64,000 nucleotides of DNA, taken from Trueperaceae bacterium (lineage in GTDB: Bacteria; Deinococcota; Deinococci; Deinococcales; Trueperaceae). The position numbers and the translations under genes are program-made. This document shows positions 1 to 10,140 of this stretch, piece after piece. Numbering within the stretch: the first letter of the stretch is position 1; each line of letters opens with the position of its first letter. Below the pieces are notes generated by a model. That model was given only the letters and a program-made list of their open reading frames with translations, ran no database searches and was not told where the DNA came from. The stretch is from contig OZ243956.1 in the NCBI GenBank assembly GCA_965214405.1, forward strand, positions 4,064,001 through 4,128,000, given 5' to 3'.

Positions 1-3000
1 GCCCTGGCCCTCTACATCGAGCCCGACCAGCTCTTAATCGACCCGCAGCGCGGCGCGCCTGCGGACGGCGAGGGCACGGGGGCCAACTACACCATCTCGA
101 GGGGCGACTGGCAGGAGGCCTTCGCGCTGGAGGTGCCCGACTTCCCCCGCCCGGTCACGGTGGGCCTCTACGACGGGGACGGCCCCGGCGAGCTGAGGTT
201 CCGGCTGAGAAACCCGGAGGGTAGCGAGCAGGAACTCCCGGTGTCGGGGGACCTCGAGTGGCGCAACTACACCCTGAGCGAGACCGGGCGCTACGGCTTC
301 AGCTTCCGCATCCCCGACGCGGCCTACCAGTATTCCAACACGGTGGGCGTGCGCGTCGACCAGCGCCTGCGCGTCGAGCGCGACGCCTTGCGCGTGGTCG
401 CCCCGGCAGCCTTCGCCCTGACGAAAACGGTCGACCGCGGCGAGGCGCAGCCCGGCGACACCCTCACCTACACCCTCACCGCGACGAACACGGGCGGCTC
501 GCTCGGCACGGCGACCCTGACCGACCGCTTGCCCGCCGGTCTGAACGGGGACGCCCTGGAAACGACCTTCAGCCTCGCCCCCGGCGAATCGCGCGACTTT
601 ACGGTGAGCGCCGAGGTCACCGACGCGGCGGGCGACACGCTCGTCAACGAGGCCACATTGAGCGCTCTCACAGGTGAGGTTCGCGCCCAAGCTCCTGTCA
701 ACGTCTCCCGCGAAGTCACGGCCGAGGCCGCCCCTCCGGGCGGCGCGGCGGCCTATACCCTGACCAAAACCGCCAACGTCGACGCCGCGACCGTCGGGGA
801 CACCGTGACCTACCTGCTCAGCGTGACTAACGTCGGGGAGAGCCGTGGCGCGGTGATCCTCAGCGACCCCCTAGTCGAAGGATTGGCGGGGGAGGCCCTG
901 AACGAAACGTTCGAACTCGCGGCGGGCGACACGCGCACCTTCGCCGTCGACGCCACCGTCACCGAAGCGGCGGGGAGCGAGGTCACCAACACCGCGACCT
1001 TGGAGTTCGGCGTCCAAAAAGCGAGCGCGAGCGCCAGCGTGGCGGTGGAACGCCCTGTGGCGGAGCCAGACCCTGCCCCACCGACCATTGAGCCCGCCGA
1101 ACCCACAACTGTTGAACCCGAACCTACAGAAGCGCCAACGCCACCCGCCGCCGAGCCCGCCGTTACGGAAGCGTCACCCCGAGACTTCGAGCTGAACCGC
1201 TTCTCGCGCATCGTCCTCGAATACCAGGTCGGCAACATCTTAAGCTGCGACTTGGGTAACTTCGCCCCCGGCGAGACGAAAACCCTCGGCGTGACCTACG
1301 AGGGCGTCGCCGGGGAGGCCCGCTTCCGCCGCAGCCTGAGCGCCGCCGGGCTGACGCTGGCCGCGACGACCCCGACGGTCGAGGACGGCGCGACAAGCTA
1401 CCGCGTCCGCGTGACCAACGGGAGCGAGCCTGCTCAGAACGTCGTGCTGACCGAGCCGCTGCCCCCTGGCGCAGAGCTACTAGGCGCGTCGCACGTGTGC
1501 CGCGACGCCGTCCAGGGGGCGAGCCGCGTGCTCGTTAGCCACGTGCCCCCCGCCGGAGGAACCTACGTGGCGGGCTCGAGCTTTGCAGGCGACGGAGCCG
1601 CCGAGGACCCCTTCGTTGACGACGAAGGCCGCCTCTACTTCGTCCTGCCCTATACCGACAGCGGCGAAGTCAGCTACACGGTGAGGCACGCGGACGCGCT
1701 CGGCACCGTTCTGCCCCCGGCCCTGACGGTCGAGGCCGCCGCGCGCGAGGTCTATCTGGTCGGCACCGTCTCCTTTGGCGCGGTGCCGCGCGAGCTCGCC
1801 GACGCCCCCGTCAGCCCAGTTCAGGGTGCCCGGGTCGAGGTGCGCCCGCTTGGCGCCGTCGCTGACGGGCGCAGGGCGCTCGAGTTCGAAGTGCGCGCCG
1901 TGACCGAGGCGGGAAGAGCGGCGGCCGCGCGCTACCTCACCGTGGAGAGCAGCTTAGAACCGCAAGAGCCCGACGCCGCCCCGGAGCTCTCGGGCTACCA
2001 GGTGGCGCTCACCGACGGCGTGGGCACCCTGCGCCTGCGCCCCCGCGTGACCCCCACCACCCTCACCTTGCGCCTCGCTTACAACAGCGACGACGACCTA
2101 GATTTCGACGTGGTTCAAGCCGTGGAGCTGTTCATCCCGGGCGCGCGTCGCGGCATCTACCAATATCAGGCGAGCGTGACCCTCACCACGGCGGCGGGGG
2201 TCAACGTCGAGGGCGAGGTCAGGGGCTACGCCGAACTGCCCCTCGGCCCCGGCAGCTTGCAGGTGGCCGCCGACGTGGGCGTGACGACCGAGGACGAATT
2301 TTCGCTCGACCGCGACCGCGGCCTGACGACCTACACCGACCCCGACGCGCGCTTTCCCCTCACCGGGGCGGGGGCGGAAGCCCGCCCCGCCCTGCGCAGC
2401 GACGACGGCGTCGCCGTGCGTTACGACCAGGAGCGCTGGACCGCCGGGTACTACGCCGACCACTTGGGCGTCCCAGGGGTGAGCGGGCTTGCTCAGGGCA
2501 CCGCCCTGCGCGGCGAGCTGCGCGGCGGCCTAAAGGGCGGCGACTTGGGCGCAAAAGCCTTTGCGGGCCTCTTGCCCAGCCCGACAAAGGCCGTAGACAT
2601 CGTTCCCGACGGCACCCGTTATTACCGCCTGGGGACAAGCGTCACGCCGCAGAGCGAACGCTTGACGCTGGTGAGCGTCGCGGGCGAGATTGTACTGGAG
2701 CGGCTCAAAGATTACCAGATTGACTACGCCGACGGCACGATTTTTTTAGCGCAGCCCCTGCAACCCTTGGACCAAAACTTCAACCCCGTCATCCTGCGCG
2801 TCGCCTACGCCCCGGCAAGCGAGGACGCGTCGCGCGAGCTGGCGTACGGTGCGGGCGTGAGCTACCAAAGGGGCGGGCTGGGCTTCTCGCTTGGGGGCGC
2901 GTTTGTGGGCGGCTACCGGCTGGGCGCCGAGGCCTCGTACCGCGCGGACGGCTTCGGCCTGGCCGCCAGCTACCGTCTGGACTATGACCCTGATGCAGAC

Positions 3001-4329
3001 CCCGACGCAGAAGACGAGGGGGCCAGTCACACCCTCGGCGTGATCGCCGACGGCGCGGTGGACAGGCTCGAGTTCGGCGTCGCTCTGAGCTACACCAGCC
3101 TTCTCGACGGCAACACCCTGCGCGGCGCCGGGCGCGTCGCCTACCGCGTCCTTAAAGATGGGCGCGTCGTCGTCACCCACCAGGGGAACACGGCGACCAA
3201 CCGCACCGCGCTGCTGTACGAGCAGACCCTGGGCGCGTTCACCGTGGGCGCAGGCGCGGACTACGTTTGGGAAACCAGCAGCCTGGGGGTGGTCGGCCTG
3301 CTCGGCTACGCGAACGAACGCTTCGGGGCGCAGCTCGTACACTCCCAACCCTTAAGCGGCGCGGCGGAGCCCCGCAGCACCTTCGGGACGAGCTACCAAC
3401 TCGACGCCAACTTGAGCGCCAACGCGGCGGCGTCGTACGCGTGGGGGGGAACGCTCGAGGCCGTGGTAGGGCTCAACCAGAAGCTCGGCTCCGCGAACCT
3501 AACGCTCGACTATCAGCTCCCCACCCTCAACGGCGAGGGGAACCGCGCCCGCTTCGGCGTCGTCGTGCCCTTCGCCCTCACCGACGCGCTGTCGGTGGAC
3601 GCGAGCGCCGGGTACACGGCCGACCTTGGCGACAACACTACGGAAGCCTCTTTCGGCGTGTCGGCGCGCTACACCCTCTCCCGCCTCACGGCGACCCTGG
3701 GAACCGACGTCGCCCTAGGCGAAGCGGCCAAGGTGGTAGTGCGTGCCGGAGCGGGTGGTCAATTAGCGCAAAACCAGACGCTCACCTTCGACGTGAACGC
3801 GCAGCTCGCCCCGGCGCTGGACGGCAGCTTTACCGCCGCTTACGCGCTGCGCGGCGCTTCATTCAGCCTGCTCACCTATCACCGACTCAAGAAGAGCGGG
3901 GAAGATACCCTCTTGGAGGGCGAACTGGCCCCGACCTGGGCCCCGTCCGACGCCTTCCAGTTGCGTCCCGACCTGGCCTACCTTGTCAACTTCACCGACC
4001 CCGACGCCAGCACCTACCAAGCCTCCCTATTTGGGACCTACTACGTTGACCTGCACTTGGGCGGCGCGGCGGACGCCGACCCCACCTTCATCCCCTACGG
4101 CGAAGGCTACACCCCCACCTTCGGGGTGGGCGGGGGCGCGGTCTACCTGCTACAACCAGGCACCGACACGGGAAAATTCGCGTTGGGGCTCGAGGGCAGC
4201 GTGAGGGTCGTCGACCCCCTGTGGCTCACCCTGGGCTACCTGTCCGACCGGTCGTTCGGCGGTCTGACCTCAGAGACGCGTGGCGGGCTTTACCTGCGCA
4301 TAGACCTGGTGGGAGGCGGACAGTTCTGA
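1..4329 (+). CDS. Large DUF11-repeat surface/outer-membrane protein (5' partial)
   Basis: Frame is open from base 1. Two DUF11-like repeats (LTKT..GDTLTYTLTATNTG..LPAGL..LAPGES), a Pro/Glu/Thr-rich linker, and a C-terminal Gly/Tyr-rich amphipathic beta-strand region ending in Phe. Confidence 0.8.
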   Translation, partial: ALALYIEPDQLLIDPQRGAPADGEGTGANYTISRGDWQEAFALEVPDFPRPVTVGLYDGDGPGELRFRLRNPEGSEQELPVSGDLEWRNYTLSETGRYGFSFRIPDAAYQYSNTVGVRVDQRLRVERDALRVVAPAAFALTKTVDRGEAQPGDTLTYTLTATNTGGSLGTATLTDRLPAGLNGDALETTFSLAPGESRDFTVSAEVTDAAGDTLVNEATLSALTGEVRAQAPVNVSREVTAEAAPPGGAAAYTLTKTANVDAATVGDTVTYLLSVTNVGESRGAVILSDPLVEGLAGEALNETFELAAGDTRTFAVDATVTEAAGSEVTNTATLEFGVQKASASASVAVERPVAEPDPAPPTIEPAEPTTVEPEPTEAPTPPAAEPAVTEASPRDFELNRFSRIVLEYQVGNILSCDLGNFAPGETKTLGVTYEGVAGEARFRRSLSAAGLTLAATTPTVEDGATSYRVRVTNGSEPAQNVVLTEPLPPGAELLGASHVCRDAVQGASRVLVSHVPPAGGTYVAGSSFAGDGAAEDPFVDDEGRLYFVLPYTDSGEVSYTVRHADALGTVLPPALTVEAAAREVYLVGTVSFGAVPRELADAPVSPVQGARVEVRPLGAVADGRRALEFEVRAVTEAGRAAAARYLTVESSLEPQEPDAAPELSGYQVALTDGVGTLRLRPRVTPTTLTLRLAYNSDDDLDFDVVQAVELFIPGARRGIYQYQASVTLTTAAGVNVEGEVRGYAELPLGPGSLQVAADVGVTTEDEFSLDRDRGLTTYTDPDARFPLTGAGAEARPALRSDDGVAVRYDQERWTAGYYADHLGVPGVSGLAQGTALRGELRGGLKGGDLGAKAFAGLLPSPTKAVDIVPDGTRYYRLGTSVTPQSERLTLVSVAGEIVLERLKDYQIDYADGTIFLAQPLQPLDQNFNPVILRVAYAPASEDASRELAYGAGVSYQRGGLGFSLGGAFVGGYRLGAEASYRADGFGLAASYRLDYDPDADPDAEDEGASHTLGVIADGAVDRLEFGVALSYTSLLDGNTLRGAGRVAYRVLKDGRVVVTHQGNTATNRTALLYEQTLGAFTVGAGADYVWETSSLGVVGLLGYANERFGAQLVHSQPLSGAAEPRSTFGTSYQLDANLSANAAASYAWGGTLEAVVGLNQKLGSANLTLDYQLPTLNGEGNRARFGVVVPFALTDALSVDASAGYTADLGDNTTEASFGVSARYTLSRLTATLGTDVALGEAAKVVVRAGAGGQLAQNQTLTFDVNAQLAPALDGSFTAAYALRGASFSLLTYHRLKKSGEDTLLEGELAPTWAPSDAFQLRPDLAYLVNFTDPDASTYQASLFGTYYVDLHLGGAADADPTFIPYGEGYTPTFGVGGGAVYLLQPGTDTGKFALGLEGSVRVVDPLWLTLGYLSDRSFGGLTSETRGGLYLRIDLVGGGQF

Positions 4330-4336
4330 AAAACAG

Positions 4337-4366
4337 GAAAGAGGGTAGGTGTACCTACCCTCTTTC
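4337..4366 (+). terminator. Hairpin, probable terminator of the DUF11 gene
   Basis: GAAAGAGGGTAGGT-GT-ACCTACCCTCTTTC, 14-bp inverted repeat just after the stop codon. Confidence 0.75.
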
Positions 4367-4831
4367 GAGGATTCTCTTAGTTCTGGCTCTCCCGCCGATC
4401 AGGTGCCATGAAGGTTGCCAAGCGTCGGGGTCGATGCGACCACCGGGGTGCCACGATGATTTTACTCGCTTCATCGTCACGGCCACAGGGTAGCTGAGCT
4501 GTCGGTTCGATATGCAATAGAACGGGCCGTCAGGCGCATAAGAAGCTAACCAAGTCTCGTGCAATCTCTCATTCAGCTATTTCATGAATTCAAACGAGCA
4601 ATATCAAGTGTTTGAAGTACGTTACTGCTTAGATTATATTCCGGGGAGAAAAAGCTCCTGGCTCTACTCCCCGCTCTCTTCCCTAAGCCGCTCCCTACCA
4701 ATCTCCTGAACACTCCGGCAGCCCGCCAACCCCATCGTCAAATCAAAATCGGCCTTGAAATTTCTTATTACTTCCCGCACGCCCCGCTCACCCGCCACCG
4801 CCAGCGCGTACACATAAGGCCGCCCCAACAG

Positions 4832-6187
4832 GGGTGCATCCTGGCATAAGGGGATAGAAAAAGGGTGCAAAGGGAAGTAGACTGGCGCATGAACAAGCCA
4901 GACTGGGAAGAGAAGGCGAGAGAAGCATTCGAGCATTACTTAGCCGATTTGAAGGCAACGCTAGCGCCGGACGCCAACTTTAGAGATATAGAAAGGGCAA
5001 TGCTAAAGTTCTCGCCGGAGATGATGAGAAAAACAGCCGAGGCCCTGGCGAACGCCGAGGCTTTTTCCCCCCGAAGCCAAAGCGACACCTGAGGGCTACT
5101 GGCGTAACGGTCTGAGTACAGGCAATATCAAGACGTGCTGGGGTAGTGTTCGTGTCAAAGTCCAGAGGTTGAAAGCTCGAACGGGAGAGCGTCAACAGGT
5201 CTACTATGATGGCTGCTTGGATGAATCGGGCTGGAGCCCTGAAGCCTTGGAACGCTTGCTCGAACTCAGTAGCCGTCTGCCTTATGAAGAAGGCAGTCAT
5301 CTCGCCAAGCTGTTTGGACTCGACATTAGCGGTTCAAGCCTTGCGACTTTAACCAGTCTCTACGCGCTTCACTGTGAACAGGCAGTGAGTGAAAAGCTAA
5401 GGCAAACGCGTGAGTGTCCGGTTCAGCCAAGCGCTAAGCCGGGGCGTGTGATGGTCCTACAAGTTGATGGTGTTTATGTGCTGGGTCGTCCTGAAGCAAA
5501 GAGTTGTCCGGGGCTAGAAATAAAGAGCGCTGTTCTTTACTCTCAAAATGGTCCCGGCGAAAGGTGGATGTTAGCAGACAGATGTTCAGCCGAGGACTTT
5601 TTGCCCCTGCTTTTAGGCTTGCTTGTAGAGGCGGGTGTCACAGCCCAAGATACCCTTATCGGCCTAGGCGACGGTGCGAAATGGATTGACACCATCTTTA
5701 CTCACCTGGCGGCTACGCGCATTACCGATGTCTTTCACGCTGCGACTTACCTCAATGTCGTCATGCAGGCCCTGCACTGGGATGAAGCCGAGCGAACCCG
5801 GCACAGGCGGGACTGGTACAGGGGCGACATCAGTGCGCGAGACTGGTTAGAACAGTATCTCCCTGAGCCCGAGCTGTGGATGACCTGGCAAGACAACGCC
5901 TTATCGGCTCTTAACTACTTAGAGCAGCGCTTAGATTCTATGGACTATCCCAGCTTCAAAAACAAACGCTACCCCATTGGTTCAGGTCAGGTTGAAGGGA
6001 TGAACAAGGCTGTTATTGGTCACCGCATGAAAAGAAGTGGTATGCACTGGTCACCTTCTGGCGCTAAGGGCATGGCCTCACTCAGGGCACAAACTTGTGC
6101 TAAACATCCGCTACTGGACTTTGATGACCTTCGTTTCTCAGCCTTCGCTTTGGCTTCCTAACTTTCACCTTAGAGCAGGATGCACCC
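4832..6187 (+). mobile_element. ISKra4/ISLre2-like insertion sequence (1356 bp)
   Basis: Imperfect 20-bp IRs GGGTGCATCCTGGCATAAGG / CCTTAGAGCAGGATGCACCC; 9-bp TSD CCCCAACAG (4823-4831, 6188-6196); lower GC than flanks. Confidence 0.93.
4889..6161 (+). CDS. DDE transposase in two overlapping frames (orfA 4889-5092; orfB frame open from about 5025), joined by a +1 shift at TTTTTCCCCCC
   Basis: Motifs VDG, GDGAKWI, DVFHA and IGSGQVEG..K..I..RMKRSGMHWS. Confidence 0.85.
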
Positions 6188-7410
6188 CCCCAACAGGACC
6201 GCCCTAGCGCCCAAAGCGAGCGCCTTAAAGATGTCCGCGCCACCCCGAATCCCGCTGTCCATCAAGACCGGGCGACCCCGCGCGGCCTCCACGATAGCGG
6301 GTAGCGCGCCCAACGCCGCCACCGCCCCGTCCACCTGCCGCCCCCCGTGGTTCGAGACGATAAACCCGTCCACGCCGTGCTCGAGCCCTTCTCTCGCGTC
6401 ATCCGGGTGCAAGACGCCCTTGAGCAAAATGGGGAGCTTTGTATGCGCGCGCAAGAAGTCGATATCGTCCCAACTCAACGACGGTTTGGAGTAGCCCTGG
6501 ATAAAACGCTGCACCGCCGCCAGGGGCAGCCCGGAGCGCAGGTTGGCGCGAAAGGAGCCGGGGTGCGTCCGGGAGAGCTCGAGGAGCACCCGGACGGAGG
6601 AGAGCGTCACCCGGCGCTTACGCCGCTCCGGCGAGGTTTCTCTCAAAAGCGCCCTAAAAACAGGGTCGCTGGTGTATTGTGCGACGCCCTTGCCGCGCAA
6701 AAAGGGCAAATAGGCGAGGTCCAAGTCGCGGGTGCGCCAGCCGAGCAGGGTTGTGTCCAAAGTCACCACGATGGCTTTGCAGCCGCACCTTTCGGCGCGT
6801 TCGACAAAACTGAGAACCAAGTCGGCGCTTCTGCTGTAGTAGAGCTGAAACCAGCGTGGGGCCTCACCCATGACCGAAGCACACGTTTCCATCGGCACCG
6901 ACGCTTGGTTTGAAAAGATAAACGGCACGCCCTCCGCCGCGGCGGCCTTGGCGACGGCCAAGTCGGCCTCTTTGTGCGCCATCTCCAACACGCCGATGGG
7001 GGCGAGCAGAAAAGGACTCGGCAGCGTCACGCCAAAAAGTTCCGCGCTCGTGTCGCGTTCGGACACGTCCCTGAGCACCCGCGGCACGATGCGTAACCGC
7101 TCAAACGCTCGCCTATTTTCCAGCATGGTGCCCTCGAGCCCCGCACCCCCCGCCACGTAGGCAAAGCCCTGGGCCGACATCTTGCGGCGCGCGGCCTCCT
7201 CGAGTCGCCTCATAGAAACCGGCACCAAAGGCTTATCGCCCGCGACCCCGCCGAGATAAATCTCTTCCTGGCGCGTTCGCCCGATGTTCGTTTCGTTTGT
7301 CATCGTGACAGCATAACCGTCAGCACGACCAGCATCATAACCAAACCCTTATTTGGGGTTGTGCTGAACCAAAGCTTTACCCAAAGCTTTACCGAGAACT
7401 CACCCCCACC

Positions 7411-8073
7411 TTAGCGCGCCGCCCAGAGCATCCCGCGGAGCATGATTTCGCGCGCTTCGGGCACATCGAAGTCTTTTCTGACATGCCCGAGAGACGAATA
7501 AAACACTCGAGCCTCCCCGTACCTGCGTTTCCACACGACGGGCATCACCGTTCCTTTTATCCAAGGCGCGTCGCCGTAGTTGCCCGAAAACGTGGTGGTC
7601 GCCAAAACTTCGTTGCTCGGATCGACGTGCAAATAATACTGCTCGGACTCCATGTTGAAGTTTGAGAGGCCCGCAACGACCTCGTCGTCGGGCGCTGTAA
7701 TCTCGATTTCGTAGGGGATGACGTTGCCCGGATGCGCGACCCACTGCCCGCCCACCATAAACTGATAGTCGACGTTTTGCCGGAACGAATCGGCCATACC
7801 GCCGTGCCAACCCGCGAGCCCGACGCCGCTTTTGACCGTCTCGAGCAGGCCCCGTTCCTGCTCTTTGCCGAGTTCGCTCATCGTCCAGACCGGTACAACG
7901 AGGCTGAGGCCGCGCATGTATGTTTCATCGGTGTAAACGTCTAAGTCGGAGACGACGTCGACATCAAAGTCATGCTCGCGCAACAGCGAGGCGAACAGGG
8001 TCGCACAGGCTTCGGGCTCGTGGCCCTCCCAGCCGCCCCAGTTGATAAGCGCACGCTTCACGGGTTCTTTCAT
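7411..8073 (-). CDS. ThuA-like domain protein
   Basis: [22 protein letters not shown] and GRVFY-like ([10 protein letters not shown]) motifs; ATGA overlap with the upstream gene. Confidence 0.85.
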   Translation of the reverse strand: MKEPVKRALINWGGWEGHEPEACATLFASLLREHDFDVDVVSDLDVYTDETYMRGLSLVVPVWTMSELGKEQERGLLETVKSGVGLAGWHGGMADSFRQNVDYQFMVGGQWVAHPGNVIPYEIEITAPDDEVVAGLSNFNMESEQYYLHVDPSNEVLATTTFSGNYGDAPWIKGTVMPVVWKRRYGEARVFYSSLGHVRKDFDVPEAREIMLRGMLWAAR

Positions 8074-9191
8074 AGGCTCTCCTCTACATCGCCCAAGCTG
8101 CCGTTTTTTACGCCAGGGGGTAAGGGCGCGGGGCGTTCGGGTCTACTTTGGATGATGACGTGTTCCCCGCGCTCGGATGAATCGTGGAGGGCTTGCATCA
8201 CCTCGAGCACGTGAAACGCCACGCTACTGTCACAGCGCGGCTTTCGTCCCGTCCCCAAAGCGAACGCCAGGTCGGCCGCGCCGACGCCCCGCATGTTGTT
8301 TGTGTACGCGTTGACGAGTTCTTGGTCCTGCCAGTCGCTCTCGCCCGCCGCGCGCAGCCTCACCGGGCCGCCAAAGGTGTTGGGGTCGGGCACTTGCAAG
8401 CTGCCGCGTTCACCGTGAAGCTCAACGGGATGGTTTGTGTGGTGATGTACGTCGAAACTCATGACCAGGGTGATGACCGCGCCGCTGTGAAAGTCCAGGC
8501 TGCCCGACACGTGCGTGGGCACCTCGACCGGGAACGTTTCGCCGCGGCGCGCCTCGCTCGTCGCCGTGCGCGTCTCAAACGTCATCGCGGCGGTCGCGCT
8601 CACGCGGCGCACCGGGCCGAGCAGGTTGACGAGCGCCGTGAGGTAATAAGGCCCCATGTCGAACACCGGCCCGCCGCCTCTGAGATAATAAAAACCGGGG
8701 TTCGGGTGCCAGCGCTCGTGGCCCGGAATCATCATGAACGCCGTGCCCGCGACCACCCGGCCAATCGCGCCGTCGTCGATGAGCTTACGGCAGGTTTGCC
8801 CGCCCGCACCCAAAAAGGTGTCGGGCGCGCAGCTCACGACTAAGCCCGCAGCGTCGGCCTTGTCGACCACGCGCCGCCCTTCGTCCGTGTCGAGAGCCAG
8901 GGGCTTCTCGAGGTGAACGTGCTTCCCCGCTTCGAGCGCCGCCAGCGTCACCGCCGCGTGAGCCTGCGGGACGGTTAAATTCAAGACGATGTCGATATCG
9001 TCTCTTGCCAGCAGGTCCTCGACACTAAGAGCGTCTATCCCCCATTTTGCCGCAGCCTTTTGAGCGACTTCAGGGTTGATGTCGGCGCAGGCGACGACGT
9101 CCAACACGGGAAAGGTCTTCGTCGCGTCGATATAAGCTTGGCTTATCGTGCCGCAGCCTATGACGCCGAGTTTTTTCGAATTTGGCTTCAT
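8070..9191 (-). CDS. Gfo/Idh/MocA family oxidoreductase
   Basis: GVIGCGTIS Rossmann motif, EKP, DMGPYY. Start taken at ATG 9191. Confidence 0.9.
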   Translation of the reverse strand: MKPNSKKLGVIGCGTISQAYIDATKTFPVLDVVACADINPEVAQKAAAKWGIDALSVEDLLARDDIDIVLNLTVPQAHAAVTLAALEAGKHVHLEKPLALDTDEGRRVVDKADAAGLVVSCAPDTFLGAGGQTCRKLIDDGAIGRVVAGTAFMMIPGHERWHPNPGFYYLRGGGPVFDMGPYYLTALVNLLGPVRRVSATAAMTFETRTATSEARRGETFPVEVPTHVSGSLDFHSGAVITLVMSFDVHHHTNHPVELHGERGSLQVPDPNTFGGPVRLRAAGESDWQDQELVNAYTNNMRGVGAADLAFALGTGRKPRCDSSVAFHVLEVMQALHDSSERGEHVIIQSRPERPAPLPPGVKNGSLGDVEESL

Positions 9192-9235
9192 GCAAGGAGA
9201 CTCCAAGATTTTGACTTCGTAAATCACTTTTCAGA

Positions 9236-10024
9236 TTATAAGCCGCCCACACCTTTCATAAAAGTTTCGTATTCTTCAACGTTCATCTCAACCTTGTGTT
9301 TAGCGCTGGGGTACGCGTGAGTGGTTACGTCCTCCTTGAATTCTCTAAAAGCCGCCACAGCTTCGTCATGAAGCCGCGCGTACTCGGTTTTGAAGTCGCG
9401 GTACTGCTTGGCGTGACGCGGCACGTGCCCGGTGTTGCTCCCCAGAATGTCGGTGGCGAACAGGTACTGCGCGTCACAGCCTGCGCCGCTGCCCATCGAG
9501 ATGACCAGAATGTCGACGCGTTTGGAGATTTCAGTGGCGACTTGATGCGGCACGACTTCCATTTCGACCGCAATCGCGCCCGCCTTTTGGTAGGCCAGGG
9601 TTTTTTCGTAAACGCTAAGCGCTTCCTTGGCCGTTTTACCCACCGCCTTGAAGCCCCCGAACCAGCTACTCCGGTAGGGCACCAGACCGACGTGCCCGAT
9701 GACGGGTACGCTTTCCCTCGCCATCGCCTTGACAAAAGGGATGCTGGCACCCGTGTAAACGGCGTCCGCACCGCGCCGTAAGAGTTTAAGCCCAGCCTTG
9801 ACCGCGTCTTTTTTACTGGCGATGAGTTCGCTCACCCCGAGGACCAAAAAGGTGTCGGGGGCGGCTCTCCTGATGGCGGTTGCGCCTTCGTTGCCGACGG
9901 CGACCAGGATGTCGATACCCGCTTCGGCGCAGGCCCTGGCCTCTTCCGGGGATGAAACAAACACCTCAGTGAGTTGCGTTTTGCCTTTCAAGGCCAACAG
10001 GTCTTTGATGGTAAGTTTCGCCAA
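9236..10024 (-). CDS. PanB-like (ketopantoate hydroxymethyltransferase family) protein, divergent
   Basis: GHVGLVP, VEMEVVP, SMGSGAGCDAQ and PRHAKQY motifs. TTG start after an AAAGGAG SD. Confidence 0.8.
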   Translation of the reverse strand: MAKLTIKDLLALKGKTQLTEVFVSSPEEARACAEAGIDILVAVGNEGATAIRRAAPDTFLVLGVSELIASKKDAVKAGLKLLRRGADAVYTGASIPFVKAMARESVPVIGHVGLVPYRSSWFGGFKAVGKTAKEALSVYEKTLAYQKAGAIAVEMEVVPHQVATEISKRVDILVISMGSGAGCDAQYLFATDILGSNTGHVPRHAKQYRDFKTEYARLHDEAVAAFREFKEDVTTHAYPSAKHKVEMNVEEYETFMKGVGGL

Positions 10025-10140
10025 GAGCTGCTCCTTTGAATCGGATAAAACAAAGTAAGGTAACCGGAGGCTCGAGCCCTCAGTTAAGGGATTTGGTTGA
10101 GCTGCAAAGCTAGTTTTCCTCGCCTTGATAACGCACAAGT

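Larger units (their letters stand above)
4664..7303 (-). pseudogene. FMN-dependent alpha-hydroxy-acid oxidase (lactate 2-monooxygenase-like), split by an IS
   Basis: The 5' part (7303-6188) has [15 protein letters not shown] and DSGIR motifs. The 3' part (4822-4664) continues RPYVYALAVAGERGV. Removing the IS and one target copy restores a 424-aa frame. Confidence 0.92.

Noticed and set aside
4355..4564. 69-aa ORF in the intergenic gap
   Set aside because: No recognisable motif or SD, and it overlaps the terminator hairpin; possibly a remnant but unsupported.
4664..4936. 90-aa ORF in the ORF track
   Set aside because: It is a chimera of IS left-end sequence and the orphaned 3' end of the oxidase gene.
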